Positions 17,643 through 28,554 of a stretch of DNA of 64,000 bases are shown here, piece after piece. The position numbers and the translations under genes were made by a program. The notes below the pieces were generated by a model. That model saw only the letters and a program-made list of their open reading frames with translations. It did not search any database and was not told where the DNA came from. Every line of letters begins with the position of its first letter. Within the stretch, counting starts at the first letter, position 1. Source of the stretch: an uncultured Bacteroidia bacterium (GTDB lineage Bacteria; Bacteroidota; Bacteroidia; Bacteroidales; Prolixibacteraceae); contig CAIXCY010000082.1 of assembly GCA_903918045.1 (NCBI GenBank), positions 63,730 to 127,729 on the forward strand, in the 5' to 3' direction.

Positions 17643-20477
17643 ATGAAATATATCGTTTTTACGTTTTTGAGCTCCTTAATACTGGTTACTTCTTCCATCG
17701 CATCATCAGTCACCGGCTACATTTTTGACAAAAATGGAAGGGAGCAGCTTGTCGGTGCGACAGTGGTTTTACTTCCGGGGCAGGCAAACTCTGCTTCGAT
17801 GTTAAGTGGAAAATATTCCCTGAGTAATATTCAGGCTGGTGATTATAAAATAAGGGTTTCGTACATTGGTTATAAAACAATTGATACAACACTGACTGTT
17901 TTTGAACATACTGACTCAAGGCTAGATTTCTACCTTGCCTCAAACAGTACGAGCCTAAGTCTTGTGACTGTAACCGCAAAAGGGGGTAAAGAGTCGGATG
18001 GTTTCGCTAAGCGGGCTGAACAAAGAGCTGATAATCTGGTGAATATCGTATCTGCAAATTCCATAGCAATTTCGCCAGATATCACAGTAGCCAATGTAAT
18101 GGCGAGAGTATCAGGGGTATCCATTGAGCGCGGGAATAGCGGGGAAGGACAATATGCCATCATTCGTGGCATGGATAAAAGGTACAATACGACTTTAATA
18201 AACGGAATAAAAATCCCAAGTCCTGATAATAAGAACCGTTATGTCCCATTGGATATCTTTCCTTCAGATCTGATAGAACGGATTGAAGTCTCCAAATCGC
18301 TCACTCCCGACATGGAGGGTGATGCATCAGGTGGGGTAATTAATTTAGTGATGAAAACTGCGCCTGAGGAATTCCGGTTGGAAGGGAATATAGGGACCGG
18401 TTACTCCGGGTTGTTCTCCGAACGACCCTTTGAAAGTTTCAGTACCGCTGCCGTGAATAAAAAATCGCCGGCTGAGCTTTTAGGTACTGGTATCGAGGCC
18501 CCGATTTCAGCATTCCCCTATCAGAACCTGATAACAACCACCAAAAAATCACCGGTAAACAGTAATTACAGCCTCACTATTGGGGATCGGTTTTTAGATA
18601 AAAAGCTGGGTGTCATATTCTCCGGAAGTTACCAGAATACCTATGCCGGGAATAATACTTCCCGATTGGTTGAGAATGCTACTCTTGGTCCTGCACAAGG
18701 GCCAAATGCCGAAATGACGCAGGTTTTCCCGGAATATCTAACCCGGAAATACTCTTCACTTACAAACAGATTAGGTCTTATTTCAACGGTTGATTACAGA
18801 TTTAATCCCGATAATATGATCAGTTTATTCGGGACCTATCTACAACTTAACGAGGATCGGGTCAGAATGACAAATGATTTACTCCTGGGCAATTACTCCT
18901 ATCAGGGATATACCGGAGGCTTCCAGCAAAGTTATGAAACACAAACCAGGCAGGATCTCCAAAGTATTTTCAGTTTAATTTTACATGGGAATAACAAACT
19001 CGCTGGGTTGTTAACCACGGACTATTCATTAGCCTATTCAGCTGCAAAACAGCAGTTGCCCGATATGGCAGCCTATAATATCACTCAGGAAATCAGTCCA
19101 AATACTTCGGGGACTGCCACTTCGATCAGTTACGGTCCGCTGACTGTTCGCCCTGAAAAGAGGGAATGGTCCCATAATACAGACAAAGATATTTCCGGGT
19201 ATTTGAACCTTCACTATAATACTGAACTTAAAGGACATAAATCCCTTTTTACGTTTGGCGGGATGTTCAGACACAAAAGCCGCGATAACTACGATAATGT
19301 TTACAGCTTAAATGCCCCTCCGGATCCAAATTCAACCGATCAGAAATTTAATTCAATTGCCACTTCGCAGTTTAAGTTCATCCCACACACTGACGCGCTT
19401 GGAACAGCATTCAGTAATGCAGGGGTTTACACATTCAATGAAAATATCCAGGGAGCCTATGGTGAGCTCAAGTATTTCATAAAAGATCGTTTCGATGTTT
19501 TATTTGGCTTGAGGGTGGAAAATACAAGCCAGATTTACAACTCATCTTTGCCAGAGACCATAGCCGGAAAATCGGCCACCATCGGGTATATGGACTTTCT
19601 GCCAAGTCTGAATGCCAAATACTCGCTTACCAAAAATCAGGCAATAAGGCTCTCCTACTTCACCTCCGTGTTACGCCCTGCTTATTCCGACCTTGTTCCA
19701 TACCTGGATAAAACCGGATTTTCACAAGACGATTTTGGTACAATAGGAAATCCGAATTTGCAGCATACCGTTATCAATAATTTTGATTTCCGTTACGAAA
19801 TGTTCCCAAAGGGACTCGACCAGTTTATGCTCGGAGCATTTTATAAATCGATCATAAATCCGATCGAGTACGCATTGGTACAATCCAACTATTCGGCAGA
19901 TCTCGAATTAACGCCCAATAATTTCGGCACAGCACATAATTATGGTCTGGAAGCAGTTTTCAGAAAGTATTTTGGTGATTTTGGAGTTTCAGGTAACTAT
20001 ACCTATACCTATTCATTGATTAATTCGATCAAAAAATTCACCTATATCGATCCAAAAGATAATAGTTATCACAATATTGATGTAAATCAGGCACGACCAC
20101 TGCAGGGGCAGGCGGCTCATATTGGAAATTTGGCCTTACTCTTTAAGAACAGTAAAAACAAACTTGATGCTCAGTTGGCCATGGTTTATACCGGAGAACG
20201 GATAAACACCCTCTCAATGTATAAAGACCTGGATAACTGGGAACGGCCCACTGTCAATCTGGACTTTTCCGCACAAAAAGAGTTTGGCCGTCATTACATA
20301 ATCTATGTCAAGATCAACAATCTGTTAAATACACCTTATCAATTGATTGTCAAGCAATCAAACAGGGGGTATAGTGGAATCAATAAATTGCCTATACAGG
20401 ACAGCCCGCAATATGCAACCATTGAAAAGGATGTCTATTACGCACGATACTCACTTGGTTTTCGCTTTAAATTCTGA
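17643..20477 (+). CDS. TonB-dependent receptor with carboxypeptidase-regulatory-like N-domain
   Basis: Signal peptide, 'VTGYIFDKNGREQLVGATVVL', plug region, 944 aa, C-terminal 'GFRFKF'. Confidence 0.9.
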   Translation: MKYIVFTFLSSLILVTSSIASSVTGYIFDKNGREQLVGATVVLLPGQANSASMLSGKYSLSNIQAGDYKIRVSYIGYKTIDTTLTVFEHTDSRLDFYLASNSTSLSLVTVTAKGGKESDGFAKRAEQRADNLVNIVSANSIAISPDITVANVMARVSGVSIERGNSGEGQYAIIRGMDKRYNTTLINGIKIPSPDNKNRYVPLDIFPSDLIERIEVSKSLTPDMEGDASGGVINLVMKTAPEEFRLEGNIGTGYSGLFSERPFESFSTAAVNKKSPAELLGTGIEAPISAFPYQNLITTTKKSPVNSNYSLTIGDRFLDKKLGVIFSGSYQNTYAGNNTSRLVENATLGPAQGPNAEMTQVFPEYLTRKYSSLTNRLGLISTVDYRFNPDNMISLFGTYLQLNEDRVRMTNDLLLGNYSYQGYTGGFQQSYETQTRQDLQSIFSLILHGNNKLAGLLTTDYSLAYSAAKQQLPDMAAYNITQEISPNTSGTATSISYGPLTVRPEKREWSHNTDKDISGYLNLHYNTELKGHKSLFTFGGMFRHKSRDNYDNVYSLNAPPDPNSTDQKFNSIATSQFKFIPHTDALGTAFSNAGVYTFNENIQGAYGELKYFIKDRFDVLFGLRVENTSQIYNSSLPETIAGKSATIGYMDFLPSLNAKYSLTKNQAIRLSYFTSVLRPAYSDLVPYLDKTGFSQDDFGTIGNPNLQHTVINNFDFRYEMFPKGLDQFMLGAFYKSIINPIEYALVQSNYSADLELTPNNFGTAHNYGLEAVFRKYFGDFGVSGNYTYTYSLINSIKKFTYIDPKDNSYHNIDVNQARPLQGQAAHIGNLALLFKNSKNKLDAQLAMVYTGERINTLSMYKDLDNWERPTVNLDFSAQKEFGRHYIIYVKINNLLNTPYQLIVKQSNRGYSGINKLPIQDSPQYATIEKDVYYARYSLGFRFKF

Positions 20478-20541
20478 AAATTCAATAATAACACAACATA
20501 ATAATTTAGCAATCAACATTTATAATTAATAATTTAAAATC

Positions 20542-21963
20542 ATGAAACATTTAAGAAACGCCCTATTTATGCTTATCATTTTTGTGTTTGTATCATGCAC
20601 AAAAAAGGATTCAGCTGTCGTATCTGTTCCTTTGTTAAAGGTCGGAGTAACGGTTAGTAATACTGCCCCACTATCAGGTCCGATTAAAGGGACCTTGCTT
20701 GCCAATCAGATATATAGTGTCACGGGTGATGTTATTATCAATGCAACAGATACCTTACTGATTCAGGAAGGTGTGAAAATTAATATTACAAATGGTGCCA
20801 ATTTTATTGTTCACGGTACCTTCATTAGTCTTGGGTCTAAAATGGCTCCTATTACAATTACCGACCCGTCAAAAACAAAAACACCGGGCGCTTCGTCTGC
20901 CGCTACGGATCCTGCTTATGTTGGTGGCTGGGGCGGTATCTATTGCGATGTCACCTGTCCGCTTTTGGTTATTAAATGGACTCATCTTGACTTTGGTGGT
21001 GCGGGACTTATTGCGCCACCCTTCACCGGACCCTCAACAGGTGACCAGTATATTGTTTACTGGCAGAATCCAAATGGTAACCTGATCCTTGAAGATTCTT
21101 GGTTATATGGAAGCCCGGATGATGCAATTCGTTTTTATGGCGGACATATCAATGTGATGAGAAATACCCTTGAAAAACTTGGTGGAACAGGTGGTGACGG
21201 ATTTAATGCCAAAGGGGGAACCCAGGGAAATATGGCATACAATCTCATTATTGGGGGTGCAACAAATGGCACAAAGTCAGCTAATGATGGGAATAAAGGT
21301 TCAAGTGTCACACAAATTGCGATGTACAATAACACTTATGTAAATGGAGGTTTCAGAAATACCGGAACCTATGGTGCCAGAAGCGGATCGATTGAAGTGG
21401 AAAATAATTCAAGAGCTCTTGCTTATAATAACCTGATTGTAGATTGCAACTTTGGTGTCCGTATTGCAGGTGGAAATCTTATTACTGCAAAAGTTTACCT
21501 GGCAGATACCCTAAGTCATGTAGATGGCCCAATTATGAAAACGGCTTATGGTCACAACTTTTTTTATGTTGATAATGCAGCTCAGGCCAATCAGATCGTA
21601 CCCACCAATATTGCCCAGGCAGTTGTTACTCATCCACAACCTACCGATATTCCAAATATGTTTGCCTTTCTTGGACCTACCTACACTTTTGGTTTTGCCT
21701 ATGATGGTTCATCATTAGTTGGTCAGAATAATCCAAAGTTCGTAAACTACACTCTTCCAAACATGAATTTTGCAAGTCAGGCCTCTGTTGATGGATTCGA
21801 TTTCCATCTGCAGGCGAGTTCCCCTGCAGCAGGTAAGGGATTAACAACTTTCTCCCCTATTGAAAATGTTCCTGTTAACAAGAACTTTGGTTCAACAGAG
21901 ATTACCCCTCCGGGAAAAGATATCGGCTGCTATCAGTTGGATGGTACCGGTAACCAGCACTAA
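20542..21963 (+). CDS. Lipoprotein with probable right-handed parallel beta-helix repeats
   Basis: Lipobox 'FVFVSC'. Gly/Asn-rich repeats ('NGANFIVHG', 'NNTYVNGGF', 'YNNLIVDCNFGVRI') are typical of beta-helix folds. Confidence 0.5.
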   Translation: MKHLRNALFMLIIFVFVSCTKKDSAVVSVPLLKVGVTVSNTAPLSGPIKGTLLANQIYSVTGDVIINATDTLLIQEGVKINITNGANFIVHGTFISLGSKMAPITITDPSKTKTPGASSAATDPAYVGGWGGIYCDVTCPLLVIKWTHLDFGGAGLIAPPFTGPSTGDQYIVYWQNPNGNLILEDSWLYGSPDDAIRFYGGHINVMRNTLEKLGGTGGDGFNAKGGTQGNMAYNLIIGGATNGTKSANDGNKGSSVTQIAMYNNTYVNGGFRNTGTYGARSGSIEVENNSRALAYNNLIVDCNFGVRIAGGNLITAKVYLADTLSHVDGPIMKTAYGHNFFYVDNAAQANQIVPTNIAQAVVTHPQPTDIPNMFAFLGPTYTFGFAYDGSSLVGQNNPKFVNYTLPNMNFASQASVDGFDFHLQASSPAAGKGLTTFSPIENVPVNKNFGSTEITPPGKDIGCYQLDGTGNQH

Positions 21964-21992
21964 GGTGCATTTTAAAAACTGAAAATTCCAGT

Positions 21993-22028
21993 AACCTCCT
22001 GCTTTCGACCGGCAGGGGGTTATTTATT
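21993..22028 (+). terminator. Hairpin plus T-rich tail between the lipoprotein and phosphoesterase genes
   Basis: aacctcctgc / gcagggggtt stem (one G-U pair) followed by atttatt. Confidence 0.55.
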
Positions 22029-22081
22029 AATCAAATATTTTCAATTCGTCATTCACTATTTTCATTAACCATTCAAATATT

Positions 22082-23269
22082 ATGCACACCTATTTCACTG
22101 GACGGATCAAAAATTTCAGCCTGAATCTTAATAAAGCGGGGATTATTGCACTGCTGCTTTTATTAATGCTGACAAAGACTGTTGATGCAAAAAAAGGTCC
22201 GGAATTAATCCAGCTTATTTTTACCTCGGACTCCCATTTTGGTATAAAAAGAAACTCGTTCCAGGGGGACTCCAACGTCTATTCCAATGTTGTAAACGCA
22301 GCAATGGTAGCCAGAATGAATACTTTGCAAACAGTAAAACTACCGGATGACAATGGGATAAATGGGGGCAAACTGGTTGGAGGAATTGATTATCTGATTA
22401 ATTCAGGAGATATTGCGAATCGCGAGGAACCAGGAATTCAGAGCTCAGATGTCTCATGGAGTCAATTTACAACGGTCTATTTAAATGGAGTACATCTTAC
22501 AAATAACAGGAATAAAAAAACTGAAATTTTACTCTTACCTGGAAATCATGATATTTCGAATGCCATTGGTTTTACAAGAAAAATGGTTCCATTAACCGAT
22601 AATACCGCTCTTGTTGGAATATACAATTTCATGTTTCCAAAAAATCCCAGGACCTCGTCATCCTTTCAATATTCCAAAGACAAAGTTCACTATTCCATAA
22701 ACAAGGGTGGTATTCACTTTGTATTTATCAATATGTGGCCCGATTCATGCGAGCGTCTCTGGATTGAAAAAGATTTACAACGTGTCAGCAAAAAAACTCC
22801 TGTATTATTATTTGCTCATGACCAGCCAACTGTAGAATCGAAGCATTTTACCAATCCCAACGGATCTCACACCATTAATTTGAGCGATAATTTTGAAAAT
22901 CTTCTTCCAGAGGTTTTTAAAGATGGAACAAAGATATCGGATCCAAGCAAAATTGAACAAATATCATTTGTCGAATTTCTCAAAGTGCATCCCAATATTA
23001 AGGCTTACTTTAACGGGAATGATCATGAGAACAAAATGTATGATTATACCGGACCAAACAACGATATCTCACTGAAAACATTTCAGGTTGATTCACCAAT
23101 GAAAGGGAATAAATCGGCAAAGGACGAAACCAAATTGTCATTTCAATTAATTTCAATCGATTTCAGGACCAAAATGATGACTGTCAGAGAGTGTCTTTGG
23201 AATGCTATTCCGAAGAACAGGTCGGCTGTGATGCAATGGGGAATGTCCAGAACGATTTCTTTAAACTGA
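22082..23269 (+). CDS. Secreted calcineurin-like metallophosphoesterase
   Basis: 'FTSDSHFG', 'SGDIANRE', 'LPGNHD' and 'FAHDQP' are the metallophosphoesterase motif series. There is an N-terminal hydrophobic signal. Confidence 0.75.
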   Translation: MHTYFTGRIKNFSLNLNKAGIIALLLLLMLTKTVDAKKGPELIQLIFTSDSHFGIKRNSFQGDSNVYSNVVNAAMVARMNTLQTVKLPDDNGINGGKLVGGIDYLINSGDIANREEPGIQSSDVSWSQFTTVYLNGVHLTNNRNKKTEILLLPGNHDISNAIGFTRKMVPLTDNTALVGIYNFMFPKNPRTSSSFQYSKDKVHYSINKGGIHFVFINMWPDSCERLWIEKDLQRVSKKTPVLLFAHDQPTVESKHFTNPNGSHTINLSDNFENLLPEVFKDGTKISDPSKIEQISFVEFLKVHPNIKAYFNGNDHENKMYDYTGPNNDISLKTFQVDSPMKGNKSAKDETKLSFQLISIDFRTKMMTVRECLWNAIPKNRSAVMQWGMSRTISLN

Positions 23270-23415
23270 TCCAATCCAGTAAAAATAATAGAGGTTAAAA
23301 ATAGAAAAAGTCAAAATTATTTTTTCAAACTGTAACAGGGAAATTCCGTTAAAATAGCTCATTGATAATCCTGATAGCTAAAAAATCTCTTTTCGTGAGA
23401 TTGATTATTATGTTG

Positions 23416-23465
23416 TGCCGGCAAATCCTTCTAATAAAGTAAGTAGATTTGCCGGCATATTATTT
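23416..23465 (+). terminator. Hairpin plus U-rich tail upstream of priA
   Basis: Perfect 12-bp stem tgccggcaaatc / gatttgccggca with an 18-nt loop, followed by tattatttt. Confidence 0.5.
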
Positions 23466-23471
23466 TAACCG

Positions 23472-25979
23472 ATGAATCCCGATCCTGAACAATATGCCGA
23501 TGTAATCCTGCCGCTCCCTCTGGCCGGATATTTTACTTATAATATCCCTGATGAATTAAGGGATCAAATAACTCCGGGCTCTCGAGTTATCGTTCAGTTT
23601 GGAGTGAAAAAATTCTATTCAGCATTGGTTCGTACAATTCATACCAATAAGCCAGAAGGTTATAATACTAAACCTATAGAATATTTAATTGATCCCCTTC
23701 CAATTGTCCCTATTGAATGTTTTCCGTTCTGGGAATGGATTGCCGGATATTATCATTGCACAATAGGTGAAGTTTTGAAAGCGGCCCTCCCATCCGGGCT
23801 AAAATTGGAAAGTGAAACGAGGATCAATTTCAATAATAATTATGAGGAGGATCGGGGCAATAAGCTTACGCCAAGGGAGCAGCTTTTATATGAGGTGATC
23901 CGGGAAAAGCACAGCCTTTCGATTGCAGAACTCAATAATTCAGTACTTAAGAAAAATTCAATTGCTGTGATTAAAGAGTTGCTAATCAAGGGGGCAGTCT
24001 CAGTTGAAGAGGAGCTGAAAGAGAGCTACCGGCACAAAACCGCAACATACATTGAATTACCGGATCGGCTTAAAACGGAGAGATCAATAGAGCTTGCCCT
24101 GGATTTACTCAGAAAAGTACCACTTCAGCAAAGCTTGTTAATCGGGTTTCTTGAACTTCGCCAAAGACGAATGTCTACCGCTGAAATGGGGGTCACCAAA
24201 AAGGAGTTGCTCCAAACAACAGGTATTGGCACCAGCGTATTTAGCGGTCTAGTAAACAAAAACATCTTCAAACTGGTTGAGAAAAAGATTGACCGGCTCG
24301 CCTCCTTCGCCGGCGAGATCAAAGTCGTTTCGGAATTAAGTCCTGCTCAATCGGCGGCTTTGATGCAGATCAAACAATCCTTCAATGTAAAACCGGTAAC
24401 ATTGCTCCATGGTGTAACTTCAAGCGGAAAAACAGAGATCTATATCAAATTAATCAGGGAATGCCTTGACCGCGGTAAACAGGTACTTTATTTGCTTCCT
24501 GAGATCGGACTTACGACCCAAATCATCGGACGTTTAACACGTGTCTTTGGAGATAGAGCAGGGATCTATCATTCAAAATTCAATGATTCGGAACGGGTCG
24601 AGATATGGAATAAAGTGTTGAACTTTGAACCAACTGAACCAGAGGATGACCGGAAATCAGATTATCAATTAATTGTAGGGACACGATCAGCTTTATTTTT
24701 ACCCTTTAAGGATCTGGGTCTGATCATTGTGGATGAGGAGCATGAGAACAGTTTTAAACAATATGACCCTACTCCAAGATATCATGCGAGGGATGCCGCA
24801 GTAATATTAGGCCATCTCCACCATTCACCGGTTTTGATGGGGACAGCCACCCCGGCTGTGGAAACTTACTATAATGCGCAGTCCGGAAAATTTGGCCTGG
24901 TTACTTTAAGTGAAAGACATCAGCAGATCGAGATGCCCGAGATCCTCATTGCCGATTTCAAGGATGCATACAAGAGGCGGCAGATGAATTCGCACCTTAC
25001 CCCCTTGTTATTTAACGAGATCACAGGTGCCCTTGAGCGAAATGAGCAGGTGATCCTTTTTCAGAACCGACGCGGATTTTCCCCTTTTATTGAATGTAAG
25101 TTATGCGCATGGATACCTAAATGCACCCACTGTGATGTGAGTCTCACCTACCATAAACATAATAATTCACTGGTTTGTCATTACTGCGGTTACACGACGA
25201 ATCATCCCGGAACCTGTAAGAGTTGTGGCACCAAAGAGCTCACGAACAAAGGGTTCGGAACAGAAAAAGTCGAGGAAGAGCTCCAGGTTATTTTCCCGGA
25301 AGCAAAAATCGACCGGATGGATCTGGACACAACCAGGTCAAAACATGGATTTGAGAAAATTATTCATCGTTTTGAACAAGGTGAAATCGACATCCTTATT
25401 GGGACCCAAATGGTGACTAAAGGACTCGATTTTGAAAATGTAAGCATCGTAGGAATTTTAAACGCAGATAATCTGCTGAATCAACCCGATTTCAGAGCCT
25501 ATGAACGGAGTTACCAGTTAATGGCTCAGGTCGGCGGGAGATCGGGGCGCAAAAATAAACGGGGAAAGGTAATTATACAAACCTCAGAACCAACACATCC
25601 AATCATACTCAATGTTACCAATAATGATTATGAGGCGATGTACCGGGGACAGATTGCTGAAAGAAAACATTTTAAATACCCTCCATTTTACCGAATGATC
25701 GGCATCACGCTGAAACACAGGGAGAAAAGCGAACTTGACCGGATTACCCATGAGCTGGCAACAAATTTACGTGAAAGATTCGGTGCGAGAATTCTTGGAC
25801 CTGAATACCCTCTGATAAACCGAATAAAAATGCTATTTATTAAACAAATGTGGATTAAAGTTGAGCGGGAAGTCTCAGTTGTTAGCGCCAAAAGACAAAT
25901 GCAGGAAATCATCGACCTGGTCAGGAAGCGGGATGGGAATAAAATGATCCAGATCGCAGTTGATATAGATCCAATTTAA
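23472..25979 (+). CDS. priA: Primosomal protein N' (replication restart helicase)
   Basis: Walker A 'GVTSSGKTE', 'IIVDEEHE' and the Cys-rich zinc region 'CKLC..CTHCDV..CHYCG..CKSCG'. Confidence 0.9.
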   Translation: MNPDPEQYADVILPLPLAGYFTYNIPDELRDQITPGSRVIVQFGVKKFYSALVRTIHTNKPEGYNTKPIEYLIDPLPIVPIECFPFWEWIAGYYHCTIGEVLKAALPSGLKLESETRINFNNNYEEDRGNKLTPREQLLYEVIREKHSLSIAELNNSVLKKNSIAVIKELLIKGAVSVEEELKESYRHKTATYIELPDRLKTERSIELALDLLRKVPLQQSLLIGFLELRQRRMSTAEMGVTKKELLQTTGIGTSVFSGLVNKNIFKLVEKKIDRLASFAGEIKVVSELSPAQSAALMQIKQSFNVKPVTLLHGVTSSGKTEIYIKLIRECLDRGKQVLYLLPEIGLTTQIIGRLTRVFGDRAGIYHSKFNDSERVEIWNKVLNFEPTEPEDDRKSDYQLIVGTRSALFLPFKDLGLIIVDEEHENSFKQYDPTPRYHARDAAVILGHLHHSPVLMGTATPAVETYYNAQSGKFGLVTLSERHQQIEMPEILIADFKDAYKRRQMNSHLTPLLFNEITGALERNEQVILFQNRRGFSPFIECKLCAWIPKCTHCDVSLTYHKHNNSLVCHYCGYTTNHPGTCKSCGTKELTNKGFGTEKVEEELQVIFPEAKIDRMDLDTTRSKHGFEKIIHRFEQGEIDILIGTQMVTKGLDFENVSIVGILNADNLLNQPDFRAYERSYQLMAQVGGRSGRKNKRGKVIIQTSEPTHPIILNVTNNDYEAMYRGQIAERKHFKYPPFYRMIGITLKHREKSELDRITHELATNLRERFGARILGPEYPLINRIKMLFIKQMWIKVEREVSVVSAKRQMQEIIDLVRKRDGNKMIQIAVDIDPI

Positions 25980-26182
25980 AACTATTCTACAAAAAATATC
26001 AACGTAAACCGATTCCCAGATTCATTATATCTATTTGAATATAAATTATTTACAAAATATTCTATGAAATATTTGTTGATAATTTCGATTTATTAACATC
26101 CTAATCGAGCCAATTCTCCACGAATGCCGGCTAATTCAGCTTAAAATGTTAATTTTGAGCCTGTCTTTTTAATACAAAAACA

Positions 26183-26983
26183 ATGGGAAAGGTAATAGCA
26201 ATAGCGAACCAAAAAGGGGGTGTAGGTAAAACAACTACAGCGATTAATCTCGCTGCAAGTCTGGCTGTTTTAGAACACCGCGTTTTACTGATTGATGCCG
26301 ATCCTCAGGCCAATGCGACATCCGGAGTTGGGTTTGATGTCCGAAATGTAAAAACGAGTATATACGAGTGTGTGGTTGACGGTGTAGATCCGAAAACGAT
26401 TATCCTCAATACGAAAACGCCAAATTTTGATCTTCTTCCATCACATATTGATCTGGTTGGTGCGGAAATTGAAATGCTCAATCTCCCTAACCGGGAAAGG
26501 GTATTGAAACAGGTTATTGATCAGGTTGCCGGTGATTATGATTTCATTCTTATCGATTGTTCCCCATCCCTGGGTTTGATTACTGTAAATGCCTTGACTG
26601 CAGCTGATTCTGTCATAATTCCAGTTCAATGTGAATATTTCGCACTGGAGGGGTTAGGGAAGTTACTCAATACAATTAAAATTATTCAAAGCAGGTTAAA
26701 TCCGGAACTTCAGATTGAGGGATTTTTGCTAACCATGTTCGATGCCCGTTTGAATCTGTCTAATCAGGTCTACGAAGAGGTGAAACGCCATTTTCAGGAA
26801 ATGGTTTTTGAAACAGTGATTACAAGAAATATAAGGCTCTCTGAGGCTCCAAGTTATGGCCTTCCTGCAATTGAATATGACGTAAGTTCTAAGGGCGCTC
26901 AGTCATATCTAACCTTTGCGCGCGAATTATTGCAAAATAATAACCTCACAAAGATTGACCACAAAGAGATTGTTGAACAGTAA
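26183..26983 (+). CDS. parA: ParA/Soj chromosome partitioning ATPase
   Basis: Deviant Walker A 'NQKGGVGKTTT'. 'IDCSPSLG'. Confidence 0.9.
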   Translation: MGKVIAIANQKGGVGKTTTAINLAASLAVLEHRVLLIDADPQANATSGVGFDVRNVKTSIYECVVDGVDPKTIILNTKTPNFDLLPSHIDLVGAEIEMLNLPNRERVLKQVIDQVAGDYDFILIDCSPSLGLITVNALTAADSVIIPVQCEYFALEGLGKLLNTIKIIQSRLNPELQIEGFLLTMFDARLNLSNQVYEEVKRHFQEMVFETVITRNIRLSEAPSYGLPAIEYDVSSKGAQSYLTFARELLQNNNLTKIDHKEIVEQ

Positions 26984-27007
26984 TATACAATAAAATATTT
27001 CCAAATC

Positions 27008-27883
27008 ATGATTAAACGAAGCGCGCTTGGCAGAGGTCTTGGGGCATTAATAGAAGGAAGTGAAACGACATCAATTGGTACGCCGGCTTCGAATGAGATA
27101 TCGATTACCGAAATTGAGGCAAATCCATTTCAACCCCGCATCCATTTTGATGAGGAGGCGCTTGCAGATTTGGCAAATTCGATCAGGGAACTTGGCATTA
27201 TTCAGCCGATAACACTGCGTAAACTTGAAAATGGTAAATATCAGATTATTGCTGGTGAACGTCGGTTCAGGGCCTCAAAGCTCGCGGGTTTAACTACAAT
27301 TCCTTCGTTTGTTCGCGAAGCTGGTGACGAAACGATGCTGGAAATGGCGCTTGTGGAGAATATTCAGCGCGAAGATCTTGATGCAATTGAAATTGCCTTA
27401 AGTTACCAGCGGCTCATTGATGAGTGCAACCTTACCCAGGAGACATTAAGCGAAAAAGTAGGTAAAAAACGGTCAACAATCTCTAATTATCTGCGCTTAC
27501 TTCGACTCCCTGCCGCAATTCAGAAAGCGATCAGGGAACAGGAGATTTCCATGGGTCATGCCCGTGCTTTAGTCAATATTCAGGAACCGGAAACGCAGAT
27601 CATGATTTATCGGCAGGTGGTCAAATACGATTTCTCGGTTCGTAAAACAGAGGATATCGTCCGGAAAATTAGTTCTGAAGATGGAGAAGGTACCCCGGCA
27701 GTCAAAAAGCCTACCCCTTTCCCCGATGAATACCGTGATTTAAAAAATCATCTGACTAAATATTTCGACACCAGTGTAGTTTTTAAAATTAATGATCTCG
27801 GCAAAGGGAAAATTGAAATTCCTTTCGGCGATGCGAAGGATCTTGAACGAATCATTGGAATATTTGACAAATTAAATTCGTGA
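27008..27883 (+). CDS. parB: ParB/Spo0J partition protein
   Basis: 'IAGERRFRASKLAG' ParB box and the HTH 'TQETLSEKVGKKRSTISNYLRLL'. Confidence 0.9.
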   Translation: MIKRSALGRGLGALIEGSETTSIGTPASNEISITEIEANPFQPRIHFDEEALADLANSIRELGIIQPITLRKLENGKYQIIAGERRFRASKLAGLTTIPSFVREAGDETMLEMALVENIQREDLDAIEIALSYQRLIDECNLTQETLSEKVGKKRSTISNYLRLLRLPAAIQKAIREQEISMGHARALVNIQEPETQIMIYRQVVKYDFSVRKTEDIVRKISSEDGEGTPAVKKPTPFPDEYRDLKNHLTKYFDTSVVFKINDLGKGKIEIPFGDAKDLERIIGIFDKLNS

Positions 27884-27901
27884 GAATCAGCTAAAATTGG
27901 C

Positions 27902-28543
27902 ATGTTTAAAACCATAATTGCAGGACTTTCGATTTTTTTTAGTATACTTACAGCAAATCTGGAGGTAAAAGCCCAGCAAATAATTATTTCGAACGATAGT
28001 TTAAAGGTTACGACTCCTGTGCAAACAGTGCATCGTTCCCCGAAAAAAGCTTCGATTTACGCTGCCCTTTTCCCGGGATTAGGACAAGTATACAATAAAA
28101 AGTACTGGAAACTACCGATTGTTTATGGTGGATACGCAGGGCTGATTTATGTATTGGGATGGAATAATAATAATTACAAAGACTATTTTCAAGGTTACCG
28201 GATTATTGCCCAATATACCAGCGCTGCAGGTTTGAAACCTGAAGAACGGTTATTTTTAAATAATCTGATAAAAAACCCGTCGATTAGGCTCGATAATCCG
28301 ACGACATTTACATACATTGCTGATCAGTTAAAAAGCGGCAAGGACTTTTATAGAAGAAATAGAGACTTAACAATCATTTGTATCGCTGCTCTCCATGTTT
28401 TGAGCATAATCGATGCCAGTGTCGATGCCAATCTTTTTGACTTCGACATAAGTGATGACATCAGTATGAGGATTGAACCGATGCCTGTAAATTTGGGAAA
28501 CCAAAATATGGGGATGGGTTTAAATCTTGCAATTCATTTTTAA
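27902..28543 (+). CDS. DUF5683-like membrane protein
   Basis: 'ALFPGLGQVYNKKYWKLPIVYGG' motif and position after parB, as in many Bacteroidota. Confidence 0.55.
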   Translation: MFKTIIAGLSIFFSILTANLEVKAQQIIISNDSLKVTTPVQTVHRSPKKASIYAALFPGLGQVYNKKYWKLPIVYGGYAGLIYVLGWNNNNYKDYFQGYRIIAQYTSAAGLKPEERLFLNNLIKNPSIRLDNPTTFTYIADQLKSGKDFYRRNRDLTIICIAALHVLSIIDASVDANLFDFDISDDISMRIEPMPVNLGNQNMGMGLNLAIHF

Positions 28544-28554
28544 ACAGAAGAGAC

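Noticed and set aside
25980-27900. parS site (TGTTNCACGTGAAACA-type) near parA/parB
   Set aside because: I found no 16-bp palindrome of that type by eye in or around parAB. The only CCACGTGG-type palindrome in the window is inside the Mo-enzyme coding region (about 63430) and lacks the parS flanks.
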